NCBI GenBank assembly: GCA_025059915.1
Contig: JANXDD010000005.1
Location: 1-36,244, forward strand
Length of the DNA stretch: 36,244 nt
Direction of reading: 5' to 3'
Source: Bacteroidia bacterium
Lineage (GTDB): Bacteria > Bacteroidota > Bacteroidia > SpSt-205
A model generated the notes under the pieces. That model was not told the origin of the DNA. It made no database searches and saw only the letters and a list, made by a program, of their open reading frames with translations. The position numbers were made by a program, and so were the translations under genes. How positions within the stretch are numbered: the first letter of the stretch is position 1; each line of letters begins with the position of its first letter. Shown one piece after another: positions 27,201 to 34,314 of this stretch.

Positions 27201-27221
27201 TGCAAAGGTATTCACTTTGCA
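27201..27221. promoter_or_regulatory. Inverted repeat TGCAAAG-N7-CTTTGCA overlapping a minus-strand -7 box (TACCTTTG, 27203-27210); candidate operator
   Basis: Perfect 7-bp arms seen directly; the operator role is inference. Confidence 0.5.
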
Positions 27222-27300
27222 GGATTTGAAAAAGGGGGTATTAGGTCCATTCCCACATTTTGACCAGAGTAAGGGAGCTTTTTTGATGCTGGCTATTTTG

Positions 27301-27308
27301 TAACTTTG
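27301..27308 (+). promoter_or_regulatory. -7 promoter element TAACTTTG
   Basis: Perfect TAnnTTTG, 4 nt before GTG 27313. Confidence 0.75.
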
Positions 27309-27312
27309 TAGC

Positions 27313-27870
27313 GTGAGGGGGTATCATCTCGGCAAATTCGTTTTGGGGGGCCTTCTTCTGGTTATATCGTGTAAGCGGGAGAAGAAGGACGCAACAGAGG
27401 ACATCGGACATGCTCCTGTGACGACGATAGAGGTTTGGCTTATCAAGGGTGCAGATACGATTAGAGGGCGCTATAAGGATCCAGATGGCCCGGGGGGGCG
27501 GCCTCCTGCGATTGATACCCTTCGTCCGCGAGCAAACGAAACTTACACTTATGTCTTACGCATTCTGGATGAGAGCGGTAATCCTACGAAGGATCTTACG
27601 GAGCTTATATTCTCCCAGCAGAAAAATACTCATCGTATGTTCTTCTTTCCTACTCCAGAGGAGTTAGTGACTATACAGATAGGGGATACAGATGATTTCG
27701 GGCGTCCCGTCGGGGGGCGAGGCACTTGGCGTCAAGGAATTGATACAATCAGAGAGGGAATCGTCCGATTTCTTCTGCGGCATTACCTAAATCCGGCCGA
27801 TAAAGATTTCGGGCTGGAGCGTGGTAGTACAGATTTAGATGTCAGGCTTCCCATAAGAATCCAAAACTAA
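27313..27870 (+). CDS. Conserved Bacteroidota lipoprotein of unknown function
   Basis: Lipobox LVIS-C followed by KREKKD; motifs VTTIEV, DPDGPGG, HRMFFF, LRH, GSTDLDV resemble a widespread Bacteroidota lipoprotein family. Confidence 0.8.
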   Translation: MRGYHLGKFVLGGLLLVISCKREKKDATEDIGHAPVTTIEVWLIKGADTIRGRYKDPDGPGGRPPAIDTLRPRANETYTYVLRILDESGNPTKDLTELIFSQQKNTHRMFFFPTPEELVTIQIGDTDDFGRPVGGRGTWRQGIDTIREGIVRFLLRHYLNPADKDFGLERGSTDLDVRLPIRIQN

Positions 27871-27880
27871 ACGATAGTGT

Positions 27881-28255
27881 ATGAGGCTTAAACTGAAGAA
27901 GCGCCTGCATGCGGAGGGATTGCGTTGCACGCATCCTCGCCGGTGTATTCTGGAGGCTTTGGAAAAGGGACCTAAAACCCATGCTGAGCTTCTCCGAGAT
28001 ACCCAGCTGGATAGAGTAACTATCTACCGCAATCTTATCGCGCTTCAGAGGACGGGGCTCGTGTATAAGGTGTACTTGCCAGGGCACGAGCCTGTGTATG
28101 TGCTTTGCGAGAGTGAAGGTCCTACACACGCCCATTTTTTCTGTCAGAAATGTCGTAAGGGTATATGCCTTCCCCCTAATATTGTGCAGATAGCGGAGCC
28201 ATGGGCTTCTCGCACGGAAAGAGTTTTTCTACTGGGCAGCTGCTCGGAGTGCTAA
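27881..28255 (+). CDS. Fur family transcriptional regulator
   Basis: THPRRCIL, helix DRVTIYRNL, HAHFFCQKC and C-terminal GSCSEC (two CxxC structural Zn motifs). Confidence 0.9.
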   Translation: MRLKLKKRLHAEGLRCTHPRRCILEALEKGPKTHAELLRDTQLDRVTIYRNLIALQRTGLVYKVYLPGHEPVYVLCESEGPTHAHFFCQKCRKGICLPPNIVQIAEPWASRTERVFLLGSCSEC

Positions 28256-29533
28256 AAGGGCTTCCCCTACGAGATAGACGCTCCCGGTAACCAGGATGGT
28301 TTGACATTCTTGGGAAGCGGCTGCTAAGGCATCTGCGACACTTCTGAAGGCCCTTCCTTTATAGCCAAGGTGGGAGGCTATTTCGGCGAGATGGGGGGCG
28401 GGGAGTGCCCGTGGATTGTCAGCTTGGGTGAAATAAACTGGCCCTTGCCAACCGCCAAAGGCGTGGAGAGCTCCTTCTATGTCCTTGTCTGAAGAAAAGC
28501 CTATCACGAGCCCTTCTATGGTCTGAGGGGCATTTCGCACGAGGCGGCGCAGAGCTGCAAAGCCAGGGGGGTTATGCGCCACATCCAAAAGATAGGTGTG
28601 AGTCTCGGAGCGAATCCACTGCCCCCGCCCATATAGAGGAGCTAAGCGCCCTGCCGAAGCGATGCCCTCCTTTATCGCCTCTTCATCCACTGACCATCCT
28701 AAATCCCTAAGACGCTCTATAGCTGTTATAGCAGTGGCGATATTGACAGCTTGATAGTCCCCTGTAAGATCGCAGAGATGAGAGGTACTTGTCATTTCCT
28801 CCGTAAATACCCGGTAGTAAGTCTGCGGTCCCTCCATCCAAGCCGCAGGAGATAAACGGCGATGTACTTCTGTAAGGGGTGCGTTTTGGTTATGAGCCAC
28901 TTCCCTGAATACCTCATACACTTCAGGATGCTCTTGCTGAGCTACTACAACTGGACGCTCTGGTTTGATAATCCCTGCTTTTTCTCGGGCAATATGAGTG
29001 AGGGTGGGTCCTAACACTTCTACGTGGTCCCAGCCAATAGGAGTTATCACAGCGAGCAGGGGAGTAACTATATTCGTAGCATCCCATCTCCCCCCTAATC
29101 CTACCTCTACGACAGCCACATCCACCTTGGCATCTGCGAAATACGCTAAGCTCATTCCTACGGTAGCTTCAAAGAAGCTGAGCTGGAGCTCTTCTATCGC
29201 AGCCCTCCAGCGAGAAAGAAATTCATCTACCCATTCTGCTGGTGGCTCTTCTCCATTGACACGCATGCGTTCTGTGAAGCGCCACAGGTGGGGTGATGTA
29301 TGAAGCCCTACCCGATATCCTGCAGCGCGGAGGATGGAGGCTATCAAAGCAGAAGTAGAACCTTTTCCATTTGTACCAGCGATGTGGATGATAGGATAGC
29401 GGCGGTGCGGCGCTCCTAAGACCTCATCCCATCGTTTCATGAAGGCTAAAGTGGGATGAAGGGCTTTTCTCCCAGTTTGTTCATAAACTTTCAGGCGAGA
29501 GTACAGCCAGGCTTGCCACTCTGCGATGGACAC
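28229..29533 (-). CDS. folC: Bifunctional folylpolyglutamate synthase/dihydrofolate synthase
   Basis: HIAGTNGKGS, HTSPHL, SFFE, EVGLGGRWDATN, DH...LG, EKAGIIK, LDVAHNP, VTGSVYLVGE. Upstream TACCTTCG (29538-29545) lies 4 nt before the GTG. Confidence 0.97.
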   Translation of the reverse strand: MSIAEWQAWLYSRLKVYEQTGRKALHPTLAFMKRWDEVLGAPHRRYPIIHIAGTNGKGSTSALIASILRAAGYRVGLHTSPHLWRFTERMRVNGEEPPAEWVDEFLSRWRAAIEELQLSFFEATVGMSLAYFADAKVDVAVVEVGLGGRWDATNIVTPLLAVITPIGWDHVEVLGPTLTHIAREKAGIIKPERPVVVAQQEHPEVYEVFREVAHNQNAPLTEVHRRLSPAAWMEGPQTYYRVFTEEMTSTSHLCDLTGDYQAVNIATAITAIERLRDLGWSVDEEAIKEGIASAGRLAPLYGRGQWIRSETHTYLLDVAHNPPGFAALRRLVRNAPQTIEGLVIGFSSDKDIEGALHAFGGWQGPVYFTQADNPRALPAPHLAEIASHLGYKGRAFRSVADALAAASQECQTILVTGSVYLVGEALLALRAAAQ

Positions 29534-29564
29534 GAGGCGAAGGTAAGGTGTGAAGGATTTGGGC

Positions 29565-29572
29565 TACTTTTG
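29565..29572 (+). promoter_or_regulatory. -7 promoter element TACTTTTG
   Basis: Perfect TAnnTTTG, 4 nt before ATG 29577. Confidence 0.72.
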
Positions 29573-29576
29573 TGAG

Positions 29577-31268
29577 ATGAACCTTTATCTGAGCGATGTT
29601 CGGCGGCTTACTCTCTGGAATCGTCATGAGGCTCGTTTGCGAGAGGCTTTAGAAGCATGGCGTCGCCGAACCTACTGGTATGCTTTCCCTGAGGATCCAA
29701 AGGAGTATGGAGAAGAAGCAGCTGCTGAAGGTGAAGCTGCTTTTCGCTCTCAGTTGAATAAGCCTTTTGATAGGCTTAGGCAGTCTGCGCGCCGCTGGCT
29801 TTTGTCGGATGAGGTTTCACCCTACACCCGAGAGCCTTTGGGCATTTCTTACCCTCAAATGGAAGTTGCAGAGGCTCTCTTTCATGCGCAGGAAGCTTTG
29901 TCTCAGTGGCGATGGGTGCCGTACACTGAGCGGCTCGGTCTGCTGATGGAGTCTATTCAGCGCTTTTCTAAGCACTTTTTTGAGGTAGCGCATGCCACTA
30001 TGCACACGACGGGTCAGGCATGGATGATGGCATTTCAGGCATCTGGTCCTCATGCAGCAGACCGAGCAGTAGAGGCGCTGGCTGTAGCCTATGGGGAGCT
30101 TAGTCAGATTCCCTCGCAGGTTCAGTGGGTGCGAGATTTCGGAAAAGCTCAAGCAGTAGTTGAGAAATACTTCATTCCTCAGCCCGAGGGTATTTCGCTT
30201 CATATCGGCGTTTCTACTTTTCCCGTGTGGAATGTTCTGCCAGGATTATACGCCAGTCTGGCGGTCGGCAGTCCCGTCCTAATGAAGCCCCATCCCCGAG
30301 CTATTTATCCGATAGCGGTAGTAGTTTCTATCCTGCAGGAACTTTTTGAGGAGTATGGGCTTTCCCCTGCTATTGTACAGCTTCTTCCTGATACAGTTGC
30401 AGAGCCTATTACGAAAACCCTCGCTGAACATCCCCTCGTTCGCATCATAGACTATACGGGAGGCACAGAATTTGGGAACTACTTGGAAGGCCTGCCAGGG
30501 AAGGTAACCTTTTTAGAAAAAGCTGGCGTGAATGGGGTTTTGATAGAAAGTGTGGAAGATATGGAGGCTGTGGCTAAAAACCTTGCATTTTCCGCCAGCT
30601 TATACAGCGGTCAAATGTGCACCGCCCCTCAGAATGTATATATTCCTCGGGAAGGTGTTCGGACGCCACAGGGTGTGCTTTCCTACGAGGAAGTGAAAGC
30701 GATTCTTACAAAGGCGGTGGATGACCTCTCTTCTCATCCGAAGGCGGCACCGGCGATTCTGGGGGCTCTGCAGAATGATGCTGTCTCGGAGCGGATTGAG
30801 AAACTTGCAAGTACAGCGGCGGCAGTTCATCGGGCTCCGCAGGCGTACGCCCATCCGCAATACAAGGCTGCTCGCACTCTCACCCCCATCGTCGCTGAAG
30901 TAGCTTCTCCCGAAGATAAGGCAGCTCACACAGAGCATTTCGGTCCTCGTTTGCTTTTTATTCCCGTGGAGAGCCCACAGCGCGGCTTAGAGACCCTTTA
31001 TCAGCTTGCTCGGGAGAAGGGCATGCTCTCCTGTGCGATTTATACCACGGATTCAGACTTCAAGCAAAAAGCGATTCGCTTGCTCGCAGAAGCAGCGGTG
31101 CCCTTGAGCTTCAACTTCCGCGGACAGGTTTTTATCAATCAAAGTGTAGCCTTCTCGGACTTCCATGGTACTGGGGGGAATCCCGCAGGAAATGCATCTT
31201 TCACAGATGCCAGCTTTATTGTGAAGCGATTTCGTTGGATTGGAGTGCGGGACTGCCTACAGGCATGA
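29577..31268 (+). CDS. paaN: Phenylacetic acid degradation protein PaaN-type aldehyde dehydrogenase
   Basis: MHTTGQAWMMAFQASGPHAADRAVEA, TFPVWN, KPHP, IDYTG, EKAGVN, catalytic YSGQMCTAPQN, EHFGP, NQSVAFSDFHGTGGNPAGNAS. Confidence 0.88.
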   Translation: MNLYLSDVRRLTLWNRHEARLREALEAWRRRTYWYAFPEDPKEYGEEAAAEGEAAFRSQLNKPFDRLRQSARRWLLSDEVSPYTREPLGISYPQMEVAEALFHAQEALSQWRWVPYTERLGLLMESIQRFSKHFFEVAHATMHTTGQAWMMAFQASGPHAADRAVEALAVAYGELSQIPSQVQWVRDFGKAQAVVEKYFIPQPEGISLHIGVSTFPVWNVLPGLYASLAVGSPVLMKPHPRAIYPIAVVVSILQELFEEYGLSPAIVQLLPDTVAEPITKTLAEHPLVRIIDYTGGTEFGNYLEGLPGKVTFLEKAGVNGVLIESVEDMEAVAKNLAFSASLYSGQMCTAPQNVYIPREGVRTPQGVLSYEEVKAILTKAVDDLSSHPKAAPAILGALQNDAVSERIEKLASTAAAVHRAPQAYAHPQYKAARTLTPIVAEVASPEDKAAHTEHFGPRLLFIPVESPQRGLETLYQLAREKGMLSCAIYTTDSDFKQKAIRLLAEAAVPLSFNFRGQVFINQSVAFSDFHGTGGNPAGNASFTDASFIVKRFRWIGVRDCLQA

Positions 31269-31295
31269 GGGAAAGATAAAATGCGTTCCTTTTGG

Positions 31296-31303
31296 TATCT
31301 TTG
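31296..31303 (+). promoter_or_regulatory. -7 promoter element TATCTTTG
   Basis: Perfect TAnnTTTG, 4 nt before GTG 31308. Confidence 0.75.
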
Positions 31304-31307
31304 AGAA

Positions 31308-31958
31308 GTGAGGCTCATAATGCTTGGGCTTGGGGCGCTTTTGTGGGCACAGGAGCGCCCCCTGGTAAAGATTGGGAAGCTCCAATACGGGGGAGGGGGA
31401 GACTGGTATGGCAATCGCGCCTCGCTCTCTAACCTGCTAAAGTACGTCCAGCAGCATGCCCCTATTCCTGTCCAACTGCAAGAGGAAGTTGTTCGTCCAG
31501 CTGCACCTAACCTACATGAGTTTTCGCTTCTCTACGCTTCTGGCCATGGGAATATAGAGTTTTCACCCGAGGAAGTTGAGAATCTGAGAAAGTACCTTCT
31601 GCGGGGCGGCTTTCTCCTCATAGATGACGACTATGGCATGCATGAGTATGCCAAACGAGCACTTTTACAGATTCTACCCGAGGGGCAGTTTCAGCTTATC
31701 CCAGACAATCATCCGATTTTTCACTGCTACTACGACTTTCCGTATGGACTTCCCAAGGTTCATGAGCATGATAATAAAGCACCGCAGCTATATGGATTGT
31801 TTTATCAAGGGCGGCTGGTGGCAGCTCTTACCTATGAAGCGGACTTAGGGGATGGCTGGGAAGACCCGCAGGTGCATAAGGACCCTCCAGAAGTTAGAGA
31901 GCTGGCTTTTCGCATGGGCGTCAATATCTTATGCTACGTGCTGACACATGCATGGTGA
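31308..31958 (+). CDS. DUF4159 domain-containing exported protein
   Basis: Short signal peptide, YGGGGDWY, SGHG, YLLRGGFLLIDD, HPIF, GLPKVHEHD, DLGDGWED, MGVNI. Confidence 0.88.
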   Translation: MRLIMLGLGALLWAQERPLVKIGKLQYGGGGDWYGNRASLSNLLKYVQQHAPIPVQLQEEVVRPAAPNLHEFSLLYASGHGNIEFSPEEVENLRKYLLRGGFLLIDDDYGMHEYAKRALLQILPEGQFQLIPDNHPIFHCYYDFPYGLPKVHEHDNKAPQLYGLFYQGRLVAALTYEADLGDGWEDPQVHKDPPEVRELAFRMGVNILCYVLTHAW

Positions 31959-32001
31959 AAGGAGGGGAGCCTTGCGACGCTTTTCTCACAAATAGGGAGG
32001 G

Positions 32002-34314
32002 CTATTTCTCTTCCACCGGAAGTTCCCCTCTCTTAGAAGGCTTATTTTTACCTTTAGGAGCAGGCGGGGAAACGTTCTTTTTGGCAAGCTTCCATGAGAA
32101 CTTCGGCTTTTCCGTCGTACCAGTAACAAGGATAGCCAGACGAATGCGCTCATCCTCGCTTTCTTCTACGAACTCTTTTACGCGCTCGTAGCTTTTGTCT
32201 AAAAGGATACGCGGTACCTCTACCAGGAGGTCATAAGCCAGTTCCCCTTTGAGGGTGTGTGCTCCAGCCACACGCATTTTCCAGCGATTAGCTTGGAGCC
32301 ATGTCGTGTCTGTCCGAATCACCCCCTCCTCCAAGGAAATCCGAGTATCTACCTGCCCTACTTCTATGCGGCGAAAGTCTGTAAGAGGAATAAGGGAAAA
32401 GAGCTCGTAAGTGTAGGGGCTTTCTACGATGACGAGGTTTTGCAAGGAAAGCTTGAGTTTTCCTTTTACATCAGCCCAAGAGATTTTTCCTTGGGATAAA
32501 GGAAGGCTGCCGCTCAGCTCTCCTTTGACCTTGCCCTGCATATGCCGAAGAAGCGGAAAAAGGGTGTCTAACTGCGGCAGCTGCTGATAAAGACGACTAA
32601 GGTCTATGTCTGCAAAACGCCCCTCTCCTTCTACAAGGGTAGGGGTAAAAAGCCCAGTAAAAGAAACTTTTCCCCCTCCAATCCCCCAAACCTGAAGCTC
32701 TTTCAAATGAAGTGCCGAGTGCTCTTTCACAATGTGAGCTTGCATCGGACCAAATAGCCCATTTGTCCAGAGAAAAGTATCTATCCGAACCTTGATATCG
32801 CCCTGCCAGTCTATGGGGGGACCAGCTCCTTTGCTGCTGGGCTCATACTTCAGCCGGGATAAATGCACCTCTCCCAAAATGTTCAGAGGGGCAGCGGTAC
32901 TGTCCCAAAGTCGGCTGTAAGAGTGGACGGAAAGAGAAGGAGCGCTAATAGTTATGTCCTCATATCGTCCGGTAAGGTTAGTTATGTTTAGCTTGTCGGG
33001 CGAGGCTTTGAAAGATACCTGATTGATTTGAAGGGGAGGGGAGAGAAGGTCCTGAATGTATCCTTCGCCGTGGAAAGCCCATCGGTGCTTGGAGCGCTGA
33101 AGGCTCCCTGTCATCCATACGGTGCCAGCAAGGGAGTCGGTTTTGGGAAGTTTCCATCGGCGGAGAAGAGCGAGATTGAGACGGGCATAAAACTCAGCGG
33201 AAATCTCCTCGGAGGAGAGGCCGTATTTTCCCCGAAGGTATAGGGTATCTGAATCGCCCCCGACGAAGTAGAGGCTATCTACTTCTACGGAGCTCTTTTT
33301 GGGGAGGTCGGAGTCCCAGTATAGCCTTCCTTGGGCATAAAGGACTTGACAAGGGTAATCCTCTATGCTAAAAGGCTTGGAAGTTTGTAATGCAGCATTC
33401 AGGCGGAGGCGAGGGAGTTTGCCCCGCCCTACTGGACCTAAAATTTCGCCTTCGGCTCGCAAACTCCCGCTGAGCTGGCTGAGTGCCGAAGGAGCATCTG
33501 CCCACAAGGCTTTTACTCTATCAAGGTCTATATCCAAATCTTCTATCCGAAGGGAGAGTTCAGGGCGTTCTTTGCCGAGCTGGATGCCTCCTTGTACCTT
33601 CGTAAGCATGCCAGAGAGCCCTACATGCAGTGGAGAAAAAAGCAGCCAGTCTGTTTCATAGGTGATGTTGCCAGTCAAACTAAAAGGCTGGGCAGGGAGA
33701 TAGTTCTTTTTGTGGTGGAGGAGGTGCTGAACCTGCCCTTCGGCTTGACCTTGGATGTGGAGCTGGTGTTTCAGTCCTTTGAGACGGGCTTTGAGGGAGG
33801 AAATAAGAAGCGCTAAGCTGAAGTTAGCCTTTTGGTCAGTGTAGAGAAAGTATCCTTCCTTTACCTTTACCTGCTCTAAAGCCCAGGGGGAAGGTTCCTC
33901 AGCAGAGCGTGAAGGCGTCTGAAAGATTTTCTCCCATGGAGTGTATCCTTTTTGATCATATACAAGCCAGACCTGCGGCTTCTCTAAAATGAGACCCTCT
34001 ATACGGTAGTTTTTCTCAATAAGAGCTTCCCAGAGGTTCAGATGCAAAACTACCGCTTCAGCGGAAAAAAGGGTATCTCCATCCTTGCTCTGAAGGAGGA
34101 AGCCTCGCAGTTGTAAGCCCAGTGCTGGTAGCGCTCGCAGCGAACCGACCTCTACGGCAGTTAGATGAATTTTAGCGGAAAAAGATTGCGCCAGCTCTCG
34201 TATCACCCAGGCTATTAGCCGCTCTTTGGAAAGATATATCAGCAGAAGGAGCCCTCCCGCCAGCAAAGATATACTCAATAAAAGCCCTGCCAAAAATCGG
34301 AAAACCCTTCTCAC
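32002..34314 (-). CDS. AsmA family protein (AsmA-like N- and C-terminal regions)
   Basis: N-terminal TM anchor, LNLWEAL..YRIEGLILEKPQV (AsmA-N pattern), long beta-rich body, C-terminal GAHTLKGELAY and VTGTTEKPK. GTGA overlap with the upstream gene. Confidence 0.8.
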   Translation of the reverse strand: MRRVFRFLAGLLLSISLLAGGLLLLIYLSKERLIAWVIRELAQSFSAKIHLTAVEVGSLRALPALGLQLRGFLLQSKDGDTLFSAEAVVLHLNLWEALIEKNYRIEGLILEKPQVWLVYDQKGYTPWEKIFQTPSRSAEEPSPWALEQVKVKEGYFLYTDQKANFSLALLISSLKARLKGLKHQLHIQGQAEGQVQHLLHHKKNYLPAQPFSLTGNITYETDWLLFSPLHVGLSGMLTKVQGGIQLGKERPELSLRIEDLDIDLDRVKALWADAPSALSQLSGSLRAEGEILGPVGRGKLPRLRLNAALQTSKPFSIEDYPCQVLYAQGRLYWDSDLPKKSSVEVDSLYFVGGDSDTLYLRGKYGLSSEEISAEFYARLNLALLRRWKLPKTDSLAGTVWMTGSLQRSKHRWAFHGEGYIQDLLSPPLQINQVSFKASPDKLNITNLTGRYEDITISAPSLSVHSYSRLWDSTAAPLNILGEVHLSRLKYEPSSKGAGPPIDWQGDIKVRIDTFLWTNGLFGPMQAHIVKEHSALHLKELQVWGIGGGKVSFTGLFTPTLVEGEGRFADIDLSRLYQQLPQLDTLFPLLRHMQGKVKGELSGSLPLSQGKISWADVKGKLKLSLQNLVIVESPYTYELFSLIPLTDFRRIEVGQVDTRISLEEGVIRTDTTWLQANRWKMRVAGAHTLKGELAYDLLVEVPRILLDKSYERVKEFVEESEDERIRLAILVTGTTEKPKFSWKLAKKNVSPPAPKGKNKPSKRGELPVEEK

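Noticed and set aside
28229-28255. 27-bp convergent overlap of fur and folC as antisense regulation
   Set aside because: Short 3' overlaps are common in compact genomes, and nothing else supports a regulatory role.
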